Origin: Streptomyces sp. V2I9
GTDB lineage: Bacteria; Actinomycetota; Actinomycetes; Streptomycetales; Streptomycetaceae
Length of the DNA stretch: 32,000 nucleotides
NCBI RefSeq assembly: GCF_030817475.1
Contig: NZ_JAUSZJ010000002.1
Span: forward strand, 3,516,626-3,548,625
Reading direction: 5' to 3'
Translations under genes and position numbers: made by a program
Notes under the pieces: model-generated
The model's database searches: none
What the model was told of the DNA's origin: nothing
The model's input: the letters and a program-made list of their open reading frames with translations, nothing else
Shown: positions 17,277-25,044 of the stretch, piece by piece
Layout of the letters: each line of letters opens with the position of its first letter
How positions within the stretch are numbered: the first letter of the stretch is position 1

Positions 17277-17305
17277 GAAGGCCCTGGTCTCCGACCAGGG
17301 CCTTC
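17277..17305 (-). terminator. Hairpin downstream of the tRNA-Gly fragment (copy A)
   Basis: GAAGGCCCTGGTC-tcc-GACCAGGGCCTTC, a 13-bp perfect stem. Confidence 0.55.
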
Positions 17306-17522
17306 ATCAAAGAGCGGGTGACGAGAATCGAACTCGCGCTCTGAGCTTGGGAATCAGCGGCTCTTACGCTGCTGGAGGGGCTCTGACCTGCGCTTTCGGA
17401 TTGGTCAGGTGGATGGCTCCCGGTCTCTGAGAACCATATCTGACCGCTGTTGTCCGCTCTGCTGGGCACGGATGGGGCACGAGAGCTGGCAGTGCGACGC
17501 GTGATCCGGGCGGGCCGGCTGG

Positions 17523-17924
17523 TCAGAGGGAGATGATGCGCACTTGGTTGCCGCAGAGCTTGTTCATGTCGTCGCTGTCGGACGTCAGCAGGGCGACGGG
17601 TTTCGGCTGGCGGAGGGCGACCTCGGCGACCGTGGCGTCGAGGGCGTACTTGTGCCTGTGCAGTCCGGCACCTTTGAGGAGTACAGCCGCCGCTTTCGCC
17701 GACTGTTCGGTGACCGGCTCCACCTTGACGCGGGAGAGGACCCAGTTCAGGGCGAGGCGCGTTGGTACGGGAGTGGCTGACTTCCACAATGGTGGTGGCC
17801 CGATGACCAGGTTGGCTCCCATGTCATGGAAGACTTGAAGCATCGCGAGGAGCTTGCGGTCCTGCGCGATCCAGGCGGAGAGCCCTTCCGAGTCCAGGAC
17901 GACGGTTTCGATGCGCTCGCTCAC
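17523..17924 (-). CDS. vapC: PIN-domain toxin (VapC family)
   Basis: VVLDSEGLSAW near the N-terminus and LLTSDSDDMNKLCG near the C-terminus. GTG start overlaps the antitoxin stop (GTGA at 17921..17924). Confidence 0.75.
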   Translation of the reverse strand: MSERIETVVLDSEGLSAWIAQDRKLLAMLQVFHDMGANLVIGPPPLWKSATPVPTRLALNWVLSRVKVEPVTEQSAKAAAVLLKGAGLHRHKYALDATVAEVALRQPKPVALLTSDSDDMNKLCGNQVRIISL

Positions 17925-18169
17925 GCGGCGTCCGCACCCGTGGAGGTGCCGGCGGAGCCGAAGATCTTCGCGCGAGCCTCGGCGAGCTCCTCGTCGCTGA
18001 AGGGACCGTGCTCTTCCTCGTGACGGCGGAGGTCGTCGACCAGAAGCTGGTGCCGGATCTGGCGGGATACGGCTTCCGCCACGTACCCGGAGACGTTGTC
18101 CGTGAGCTTGCGGAGCTCCGCCACCTGGTCGCTGGGCAGCGTGACAGTGATGCGAGTCGTTGAGGGCAT
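17921..18169 (-). CDS. vapB: Ribbon-helix-helix type antitoxin (VapB-like)
   Basis: 82 aa, MPSTTRITVTLPSDQVAELRKLTDNVSGYVAEAV (beta-strand then helix-helix pattern). Translationally coupled to the PIN gene. Confidence 0.65.
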   Translation of the reverse strand: MPSTTRITVTLPSDQVAELRKLTDNVSGYVAEAVSRQIRHQLLVDDLRRHEEEHGPFSDEELAEARAKIFGSAGTSTGADAA

Positions 18170-18356
18170 CAAACCAATCATATTGGAGTATGCGAGGGTC
18201 GGCTGAGTCACAGGCCCCTGCCTTGATGGTTGCGACCGCATGCGTCGGGTGATGACAGAGCAGCCGCTCTCCGGCCGTCCACTGGGGGGCAAGGATTTGG
18301 ACCGACGCCGCTGGAGGGCAAGCGAAAGGCCCCGGTCTCTGACCAGGGCCTTCATT

Positions 18357-19241
18357 GAGCCCTTTCCAACCTGACGGTGTGCGCCGGTGGTTGGCGGGAT
18401 ATGCGAAGCGGTGAAGCTCCTGGTAGACGGGTTCACGACCAAGATCACCCGTGCCGACCAGGAGCTTCGCGTGCTTGTCTACCCATCGGCGATCGATCTG
18501 TCCAGTGGCCATCTGCGCCACCTCGCCGGGCACCTGGCTGCGCGTCGTCGTGAGATCGGCACCCGGTGGCGGCGCATCACGCCGGGCCGCCAGGCCCTCC
18601 TGGTTCTGGCGCATCTGCGCTGCGGTGACACCTACGCCCAGCTTGCCGCCGGGTTCGGCATCGGGGTCGCGACGGTCTACCGCTATGTCCGCGAGGCGAT
18701 AGAAGTCCTGGCCACGCTCGCTCCCAGCCTGGCCCAGGTCATGCGGACCGCGAGCCGCCCGGCCTTTGTGATCCTCGACGGCACCCTGCTGCCGATCGAC
18801 CGAATCGCCGCCGACACCCCGTACTACTCCGGCAAACACAAACGTCACGGCATGAACGTCCAGGTTCTCACCGACCCGTTCGGCCGCCTGCTGTGGGCTT
18901 CGCCCGCGCTGCCCGGCTCCACCCACGACCTGACTGCGGCCCGCACTCACGGGATCGTCGAAGCTCTCGCCGCTGCCGAACTCAAGTGCTGGGCGGACAA
19001 GGCATACCAAGGTGCCGGCTGCCCGGTCCGGGTGCCCTTCCGCGGCCGTCGCCTCAAGCGGTGGCAGCGCCGGCACAACAGTACGCACGCCAAGATCCGC
19101 TGCCTCGGCGAGCAGGCCATGGCCGCCCTGAAGGGCTGGCGACTGCTACGGAAGCTCCGCTGCAGCACGAACCGGATCACCGACGTGGTGAAGGCCGTCC
19201 TCGTCCTTCACCACGCGACAGCGTGAGGTTGGAAAACCCTC
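18357..19241 (+). mobile_element. Small (about 0.89 kb) IS element with a single DDE_Tnp_4-type transposase gene
   Basis: Imperfect terminal inverted repeats GAGCCCTTTCCAACCTG (18357..18373) and GAGGTTGGAAAACCCTC (19225..19241) match at 13/17. The transposase stop lies inside the right repeat. No clear target duplication was seen. Confidence 0.65.
18471..19226 (+). CDS. Transposase, PIF/Harbinger-like DDE (DDE_Tnp_4) with an N-terminal HTH
   Basis: LAHLRCGDTYAQLAAGFGIGVATVYRY (HTH), then VILDGTLLPIDR...YSGKHKRHGMNVQVL...GSTHDLTAAR...WADKAYQG. The start is set to GTG 18471 (VLVYPSAIDLS), typical for this family. The track ORF starts at 18387. Confidence 0.8.
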   Translation: MLVYPSAIDLSSGHLRHLAGHLAARRREIGTRWRRITPGRQALLVLAHLRCGDTYAQLAAGFGIGVATVYRYVREAIEVLATLAPSLAQVMRTASRPAFVILDGTLLPIDRIAADTPYYSGKHKRHGMNVQVLTDPFGRLLWASPALPGSTHDLTAARTHGIVEALAAAELKCWADKAYQGAGCPVRVPFRGRRLKRWQRRHNSTHAKIRCLGEQAMAALKGWRLLRKLRCSTNRITDVVKAVLVLHHATA

Positions 19242-19640
19242 ATGGCGTAAGGGTATAGCCAAGGCCGTTGTTCACGCTGGCGGTTCCGACAAGGTCGGCG
19301 GAGCGGGTTTGGCCGGTGTCCTGCCCGGTTTGGGGTCGGGCATGATCAGGGGGCCGTACGCTTGCCGCAACTCGGGCAGGCTGTGATCCTGCCCGGAATT
19401 TGAACGAGTGGCCCCCTGGTCTTGCTCGATGCGGAACCCGAACCGGGGAGGTGGCTAAAGCCGTGGAGCCGACCGCCCCGGCCACAGCGGGTTTCCTCCC
19501 CACCATGGTGCTCGCTCCAGCCGTGCGACCGGCGGTGAGCCGGGGAGCGCGCGGCGAGCGGAGCGAGCCACCTTGATGAAGTAGGGAAAGTTCTACCGTG
19601 CTGGAAACAGGTGCCTGCCGCAGCTTGTGTGTCGAACTTG

Positions 19641-19675
19641 GCCGTCGACCGCCTTCAGCTGGAGCGGTCGACGGC
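19641..19675 (-). terminator. Hairpin after the MazG-like gene
   Basis: 12-bp perfect stem GCCGTCGACCGC / GCGGTCGACGGC with an 11-nt loop, 16 nt downstream of the stop at 19691. Confidence 0.5.
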
Positions 19676-19690
19676 TACGTCCGGAGGCTG

Positions 19691-20020
19691 TCAGGCCGCC
19701 GCAGCGGCCTCGCGGCCCCTGCGCGTCCGGCGGTGGAGGATCTCGTCGAAGGTGGCGCGGGCGCCCGTGGGGTCGATGTAGTGCATGGCCAGGAGGGCGG
19801 CGATGACGGAGCCGACCAGGTCGTTCTGGACCTCGGACCAGGTGTGGTCGTCGCCGCAGGTGGTGAGGCCCTTCAGGCCGTGGAGGGCGTGTATGGCCTC
19901 GCCGGCTTCCTCGGCGACCTTGCCGACCTGGAGGGCTTTGAGCTCCTCGTCGGGGAGGTGGGCGCCGGCTGCTCGGCAGACGGCGGAGAGCTTCTCGATG
20001 TTGTCCCACAGGGTGTCCAC
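19691..20020 (-). CDS. MazG-like nucleotide pyrophosphohydrolase family protein
   Basis: GTG 20020 with GGAGG 6 nt upstream. LWDNIEKL...LQVGKVAEEAGEAIHALHGLKG...EVQNDLVGSVIAALLAM fits the all-alpha MazG-like pattern (E..GE ... E/D..D). The 331-aa track ORF upstream of this start overlaps ugd and is a shadow frame. Confidence 0.65.
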   Translation of the reverse strand: MDTLWDNIEKLSAVCRAAGAHLPDEELKALQVGKVAEEAGEAIHALHGLKGLTTCGDDHTWSEVQNDLVGSVIAALLAMHYIDPTGARATFDEILHRRTRRGREAAAAA

Positions 20021-20046
20021 GTCGGACCTCCGGTCGATGGGTTCGG

Positions 20047-21369
20047 CTATTCCTGTGCGGGTCGTCCGAGCTGGCGTACGGTCCATCCGGCCATGCGCCA
20101 GGCGTCGGCGTCGATGAGGTTGCGGAGGTCGACGAGGACTTGGTCCGCGACCAGTGGGGCGAGGGCCTTGGGGTCGGCCTCGCGGAAGTGGGGCCATTCG
20201 GTGGCCAGGACGATCAGCTCGGTTGCCGCGAGGGAGTCTTCGAGGCTTTCGCAGTAGTCGAGTTCGGGGTGGCGGCGCAGTGCTGTGGGCACGGCGTGCG
20301 GGTCGTGGACGGTGACGGTCGCGCCGCGCTGGTGCATGAGGGCGGCGATCGCCAGGGCGGGGGATTCGCGGACGTCGTCGGTACCGGCCTTGAAGGACGC
20401 GCCCCAGACGGTGATGCGTACGCCGTCGACGGGTCGGCCGAGCGTCTGCTCGATGAGCTTCAGTGCGGCGGTGGGTCGGGATTCGTTGACCTCCTCCGCC
20501 GCGCGCAGCATGGTCGCTGCTTCGGCGGCGCCCAGGGTGCGGGCGGAGGCGGTGAAGGCGCGGACATCCTTGGGGAGGCAGCCGCCGCCGTAGCCGGGGC
20601 CGGCGTTGAGGCCGCCGCGGCCGATGCGGGGGTCCAGGCCGATGGCTTCGGTGAGCTGCTGGACGTCGGCTCCGGCGGCGGTGCACATGTCGGCGACGCC
20701 GTTGATGAAGGAGATCTTCATGCCGAGGTAGGCGTTGGCGGCGCCCTTGATGAGTTCGGCGGTGGCGGGGTCGGTCACGAACAGCGGGATGCCGTTCGCC
20801 AGGAGGGGTGCGTAGACCTCACGTACCGCGTCCTCGGCGCGGGCCGAGGGCACGCCCACGACGATGCGGTCGGGGCGCAGGGTGTCGTCGATGGCGTGGC
20901 CCTCGCGCAGGAACTCGGGGTTCCAGACGACCTCCACGTCCTCACCGGCCGGAGAGAGCCGGGCGAGGAGAGCACCGAGGTCGCGGGAGGTGCCGACGGT
21001 GACCGTGGACTTGCCGATGACGACCGTGGGGCGGGTCAGGTGCGGGGCCAGGGCGCGGGCGGCGCCGAAGACCTGTCCGGTGTCGTAGCTCCGCCCGTCC
21101 GCGTCGATGGGCGTGCCCACGGCCAGGAAGTGGATGTCGGCGAACTCGGCTGCCTCAGCGAGGCTGGTGGTGAACCGCAGGCGGCCGGTGGCGGTGTGGG
21201 TGCTGAGGAGTTCGGGCAGGCCGTCCTCGTAGATGGGGCACTCGCCGGTGTTGAGGCGGTCGATCTTCGCCTGGTCCAGGTCCACGCCGATGACCTCGTG
21301 GCCGATCTCGGCCATGGCAGCGGCGTGGGGAATGCCCAGGTGACCACAGCCGATGACGGATACGCGCAT
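20047..21369 (-). CDS. ugd: UDP-glucose 6-dehydrogenase
   Basis: MRVSVIGCGHLG Rossmann start, NPEFLREG, catalytic GYGGGCLPKD, and the C-terminal WGASFKAGTDDVRESPA UDP-binding domain. GGAAAGGAG precedes the ATG. Confidence 0.9.
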   Translation of the reverse strand: MRVSVIGCGHLGIPHAAAMAEIGHEVIGVDLDQAKIDRLNTGECPIYEDGLPELLSTHTATGRLRFTTSLAEAAEFADIHFLAVGTPIDADGRSYDTGQVFGAARALAPHLTRPTVVIGKSTVTVGTSRDLGALLARLSPAGEDVEVVWNPEFLREGHAIDDTLRPDRIVVGVPSARAEDAVREVYAPLLANGIPLFVTDPATAELIKGAANAYLGMKISFINGVADMCTAAGADVQQLTEAIGLDPRIGRGGLNAGPGYGGGCLPKDVRAFTASARTLGAAEAATMLRAAEEVNESRPTAALKLIEQTLGRPVDGVRITVWGASFKAGTDDVRESPALAIAALMHQRGATVTVHDPHAVPTALRRHPELDYCESLEDSLAATELIVLATEWPHFREADPKALAPLVADQVLVDLRNLIDADAWRMAGWTVRQLGRPAQE

Positions 21370-21476
21370 GGGTCGACGCTCCTTTCCTTGTCCCTCGCCC
21401 GCCCAGGGGAGTCCGGGCCGGCCGGGTGCGTCACGCTAGCGCCAACACCCGGCGCGGCCCTCTTCGTGCAGGTGGA

Positions 21477-22751
21477 TCAACCAGCTTGCTGTTTCAGCAG
21501 GTTGACGAGGGCGGGCAGTGCCTCGGCGGCGGTTGCCCGGCACACCAGGTCGCCGTCCTGGGGGCCTTCCAGGGGGTACGGCATGAACTGGCCGTCGCGC
21601 CAGAAGCCCTCCGGGTCCAGGTAGACGACCTGCATGCCGCGAGCGCGGGCTCGGGCCTGGACCTTGCGGCGGTCGGCGTGCAGGCCGACGACGAGGAGGG
21701 CCTTGGCGCTGTCCACCCACTCGACGTCGGGTACGGCCTGGTCGTAGCGGCGCATGAAGCACTCGTCGAGCCCGGCGCGCGCCGCGAGCACGTCGAAGTT
21801 GTTGGTGATGACAGGGCCGACGAGATGCCCGGCGTCCTTCAGTTCCTTGAGCGCCCACATGGCCGGGGTCGGCTCGGCCAGGAAGCATGCGCGGAACATC
21901 TCCACGAATTCCGCCGCCTTCTCCTCCGGCTCTGTCAGCAGCTCGTGGAGGAGGGTGTCCGCTGTCGGGGAGAGGGTGAAGCGGTGTTCCCGCGGTTCGT
22001 GGCCCTGGCGGTCGGTGACCCGGTAGATCTCGTGGAGACGGTGCAGGGGCGGGATACCCGCCTCGACCGACGTACCGCATCCGATCTCCACCTGGAACGG
22101 CAGCAGGTCCGCGAGGACGGACAGGTCCGTGACGCGGGTCGGCGTACCGGGGCGGTCCTTGCACCTGATCCCGGTGGAGAGGACGTTCCACGGCAGCTGC
22201 CGCACCGAGGGCGGCGGTGCGTAGGACACCGAGGCGATCTGCACGTCCAGGCTCCGGTAGCCGACGGGGAGGGTACGGCCCGCAGCGGCGTCCTGGGGGT
22301 GGACGTCGTGCTCGGTGATCCGGCACTTCAGATCCCGACGTGTCCATAAGAATCCACCGGGAGCCTCCTTCCAGCCGCCGGTGGCGAGCGAGTCCCACAG
22401 GGCGTCGTGGTGCGCGTCGATCTCGTCCGCGGGAGCGGTAGCGGAGTGGTAGAGGTACAGGTCGGTCAGGCCGATGGCCGGCGCAGCGGTGGTGGGGACC
22501 AGGCCGTACCGGTAGCGGTAGTGGATGATCCGCCGCCGGGCGTCGTCGTCGGCAGTCCAGCCGCTCTGTTCGGCCGTGGCCTTCTCCTGCGTACGGCGCC
22601 AGATGCCTTCCTCGATGTAGCGGGGTCGGTCGGCATCGCCGAAGTAGGTCTTCCAGACCTGCTGTTGGTCGGGGGTGAGCTGGTCGATGACGATGTACGG
22701 GATGTCCACGATCTCTCCCTGGAGAATCACGCCTGGATGTTCCGGGTGCAT
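21477..22751 (-). CDS. Protein with an unknown ~230-aa N-terminal domain and a C-terminal SIR2-like (DHS-like NAD-binding) domain
   Basis: ORF trimmed to ATG 22751 (ACGGAG upstream). IGCGTSVEAGIPPL resembles the GAGxS..GIP loop, VITNNFDVL the TTNYD/TQNID motif, and LLVVGLHADRR the VGxS..D strand. No HG histidine motif or Zn-ribbon cysteines were seen. Confidence 0.6.
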   Translation of the reverse strand: MHPEHPGVILQGEIVDIPYIVIDQLTPDQQQVWKTYFGDADRPRYIEEGIWRRTQEKATAEQSGWTADDDARRRIIHYRYRYGLVPTTAAPAIGLTDLYLYHSATAPADEIDAHHDALWDSLATGGWKEAPGGFLWTRRDLKCRITEHDVHPQDAAAGRTLPVGYRSLDVQIASVSYAPPPSVRQLPWNVLSTGIRCKDRPGTPTRVTDLSVLADLLPFQVEIGCGTSVEAGIPPLHRLHEIYRVTDRQGHEPREHRFTLSPTADTLLHELLTEPEEKAAEFVEMFRACFLAEPTPAMWALKELKDAGHLVGPVITNNFDVLAARAGLDECFMRRYDQAVPDVEWVDSAKALLVVGLHADRRKVQARARARGMQVVYLDPEGFWRDGQFMPYPLEGPQDGDLVCRATAAEALPALVNLLKQQAG

Positions 22752-22806
22752 GGCAGGCTCCGTTTGCTGGGAACGTGGGGTGAACGTCCCGGACAGCGGA
22801 GCGGAG

Positions 22807-23016
22807 TCAGTGGTCGGAGGGCGAGCTCGCGTCCGTTGAGACGGCGGCGGGCTGGTGACCGAGGCCGTTGAGGAGCGGGACGGCCTGCTCACGCAGTGCC
22901 CAGGCCGGGCCCACCAGGCCGACGACGGCCAGAAGCGTGAGCGCGATGCCTCCGCCTTCGGGGTGCACGGAGCGCGGCGCGGCTTTTCGGGCGTGGCGTC
23001 GCCGAGGCCCGGTCAC
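22807..23016 (-). CDS. Possible 69-aa single-pass membrane peptide
   Basis: GTG 23016 overlaps the upstream stop (GTGA at 23013..23016). A basic N-terminus is followed by the hydrophobic IALTLLAVVGLVGPAW. Coding status is uncertain. Confidence 0.3.
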   Translation of the reverse strand: MTGPRRRHARKAAPRSVHPEGGGIALTLLAVVGLVGPAWALREQAVPLLNGLGHQPAAVSTDASSPSDH

Positions 23017-23459
23017 GGGGTGCCGCCGAGGGCCCGTCCGTGTGCGTCGACGAGGCGGCTGGTCTGCTGGTGCAGCCACTCCAGCTCGACAGAGGTGAGG
23101 ATGAGCGCGCCATCGAGGGTCGATCCGTCGTCCAAGTGGAACTCGATGGGAACCGATCCCTGCCGGGCACGCGGGTCGTAGACCGCGTCCCGTCCGGCCG
23201 AGAGCGTGGCGTGGGTGGCCCTCACCGGCACGGGACGGAGCGTCGTCCCGTCAGCGGGCGCGGACCACGGGGCTCCGCCCCCGGGCGGACGCAGGTGGTA
23301 CGTCGTAGCGGAGCCCTCACCGGGGAGAGCGACCACGACCCCGAGACGGCCATCGCGAGCGCTGTCCGTGGCGAGGTCGCCGAGCCGTGGAACGAACGGT
23401 GCTGCCGTACCTAACTCGGCTCCCTGCGAGGGAAGATGAGAAGAACGTCGTCGCGTCAT
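23013..23459 (-). CDS. Hypothetical 148-aa protein
   Basis: ORF with the segment GDLATDSARDGRLGVVVALPGEGSATTYHLRPPGGGAPWSAPADGTTLRPV, which resembles small SH3/Tudor-like Streptomyces proteins that I cannot name. The RBS is weak. Confidence 0.45.
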   Translation of the reverse strand: MTRRRSSHLPSQGAELGTAAPFVPRLGDLATDSARDGRLGVVVALPGEGSATTYHLRPPGGGAPWSAPADGTTLRPVPVRATHATLSAGRDAVYDPRARQGSVPIEFHLDDGSTLDGALILTSVELEWLHQQTSRLVDAHGRALGGTP

Positions 23460-23514
23460 GCCCCGAAGTTAGGGACAGGACGGGCCTCGAATATGAGCCG
23501 GAGGAATACGACCC

Positions 23515-24744
23515 CTATCCGTCCAGGTGAAAGCGGTCGGACATGTGCCGCAGCTTCTCCCTCGTGGCTGCCCGTTCCGCGTAGACGATGCTGCGAAGCG
23601 TTGAACGGGCGATGGGGTGGTTCCGTACGAGCTGCGGCGCGATCCGCTCAGCCGTCTCCAGCTCGGTGAGGGCCTTTGCCCGGTTCCCGTCCCACAGCCA
23701 GGCCCGTGCGACGTCCATGTGGTGGTGGCCCTGACGGGAGTTGGGTAGTGCCCCGACCAAGCTCGGGCTGGTGCGGCGGTTTATCTCCAGAGCTTTGCCC
23801 TGCTTGCCCATTTCGAGGGCCACGCTGATCGCGTGGATCTGTACGTTTCCGGCGGAGAACGTCAGCGAATGCCGGTCGTACACCGGTGCGCTGACGTACG
23901 CGTCCATGCGTTCGGCAGCGTCCTTCGCGTGTCCGATCCGGTCCTCCGCTTCCGATGGGCGGTTGGCCCGAGCGGCGGAGATGGCCGCTCGGAGCTGAAG
24001 CGTGCCCCAAGCCCGTACGGCCAGCGGATCACCGTGCTCGTACGGCTGTTGCACCGAGGCGATCGCCTTGTCCGAGAGGGTCAGGGCGTCGGTCCAGTCG
24101 GCCGTCGCCCACATGTCCCAGACGCGCATCCAGTCGGCGACGGCAGGCAGCACCGGATCTCCCGACAACCTGGCTGACCACGCGGCCCGTTCGCACGCCA
24201 TGGCCACCAGCTCGGGGTGTCCGAGGGCGTGCGCGGCGGTGTGCGCGAACTTGCAGCACACGGCGTAAATGGCATACGCCTCTTCCCGCTCGTGCCCGTC
24301 CGAGTCCTCCGCCAGGCTGCGCGCTTCCCGGAACAGGTCCGGGAGAACTTGGAGGATCGCGGCGTTGGAGGCGGTGTCCCGCAGGCGGTGCAGCCGGGTC
24401 ACCTCACGCCATAGCTGTGAGGCCGGCCGGGGAACCCCGTCGAAGACGGGAACGAGGTCGTAGCGGCGCAGCTCGCGCAGGATCGACGAGGCGGCGATCT
24501 GCCACTGGCTGTCGTCGGGGGAGCTGCTGTACGGGCGTCCGATCAGGTCGTTCGGATGGACGTGCAGCTCTGCGGCCACCTGGTTGAGCAGCCCGACCCG
24601 GTCCAGTTCGATCAGGCCCCGTTCCATCTTCGACACCCAGCCCTGTGACTTCCCCAGGGCCGTCGCCAGGTCGGCCTGCGGCATGCCCAGTCGCAGCCTC
24701 GCCCTGCGAGCGCGTTTGCCGATCTCCTCGGCTTCCTCCAGCAT
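23515..24744 (-). CDS. XRE-family HTH regulator with a long helical/TPR-like C-terminal domain (WhiJ-like type)
   Basis: HTH segment RLRLGMPQADLATALGKSQGWVSKMERG. ATG 24744 is preceded by GGGAGG at 7 nt, so it is preferred over ATG 24825. Confidence 0.85.
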   Translation of the reverse strand: MLEEAEEIGKRARRARLRLGMPQADLATALGKSQGWVSKMERGLIELDRVGLLNQVAAELHVHPNDLIGRPYSSSPDDSQWQIAASSILRELRRYDLVPVFDGVPRPASQLWREVTRLHRLRDTASNAAILQVLPDLFREARSLAEDSDGHEREEAYAIYAVCCKFAHTAAHALGHPELVAMACERAAWSARLSGDPVLPAVADWMRVWDMWATADWTDALTLSDKAIASVQQPYEHGDPLAVRAWGTLQLRAAISAARANRPSEAEDRIGHAKDAAERMDAYVSAPVYDRHSLTFSAGNVQIHAISVALEMGKQGKALEINRRTSPSLVGALPNSRQGHHHMDVARAWLWDGNRAKALTELETAERIAPQLVRNHPIARSTLRSIVYAERAATREKLRHMSDRFHLDG

Positions 24745-25044
24745 CAGGACACCTCCCGGCCGCCGGACGATCCGGCGCGACCGCCGGTCTGTCCGTACAG
24801 AGTTCGTCTCCTGCACGGTACCCATGACGCGGCTTCAGCGTGAGGCGAGCTGCCAGGACGGTGGCGGCGACGGGCCGTGTACCGCTGTCCCGTCCTGAAC
24901 GGCCGGTCCAGGGCCGGAGGCGCTTCTGTCCGCCATCAGTGCCCGGACTGCCACCAGGCATTGAACCTGAAGCCGCCGGTGCCGAGCGACAGCGGATCAT
25001 GGGGATGAGGGACATTCCACGTCGCACACCGCCGGAGGCAGCCA

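Larger units (their letters stand above)
16993..17482 (-). repeat. Module repeat copy A: 129-nt arm, tRNA-Gly 3' fragment, hairpin, promoter region and 5' end of the intact sseB-like gene
   Basis: tRNA fragment 17312..17353 is identical (42/42) to the 3' part of tRNA-Gly(CCC) at 26258..26331. Arm is 17354..17482. Confidence 0.9.

Noticed and set aside
7898-17353. The three tRNA-like segments (7898..7938, 10315..10356, 17312..17353) considered as additional tRNA genes.
   Set aside because: They contain only the anticodon loop to the 3' end. The upstream sequence cannot form an acceptor stem, D-arm or the 5' strand of the anticodon stem, and CCA is not retained. They are att-type fragments, not genes.
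14563-17430. 955-aa plus-strand ORF. Similar long ORFs are 505..1605(-), 1193..2440(-), 2450..4066(-), 3865..5202(+), 8354..10222(+), 11836..13311(+), 13675..14547(+), 20140..21624(+), 21436..22398(-) and 29794..30888(+).
   Set aside because: Each lies antisense to, or out of frame with, a gene that has clear family motifs. Their products are Arg/Gly/Pro/Ala-rich low-complexity strings, as expected from stop-codon-poor shadow frames in about 70% GC DNA.
17523-19088. 521-aa minus-strand ORF spanning the vapC region and running antisense through the IS transposase.
   Set aside because: Only the last 133 codons show PIN-domain motifs. A GTGA-coupled start at 17924 and an independent antitoxin ORF explain the region. 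The remainder is antisense to a well-supported transposase gene.
19242-19640. A 400-nt non-coding stretch after the IS, with an 8-bp-stem hairpin (CGGGCAGG ctgtgat CCTGCCCG, 19373..19395) and a GAATTTGAAC motif. It was examined for a tRNA, tmRNA or small-RNA gene.
   Set aside because: No cloverleaf or T-arm pairing can be drawn on either strand, and I recognise no RNA family. The 88-aa ORF 19240..19506(-) has no family motifs and looks like a spurious ORF.
19691-20686. 331-aa ORF that would overlap the 3' third of ugd.
   Set aside because: Only the C-terminal 109 codons look like a MazG-like protein, and these have their own GTG start with a GGAGG site at 20020. The upstream part is Arg/Pro-rich shadow sequence overlapping ugd in another frame.
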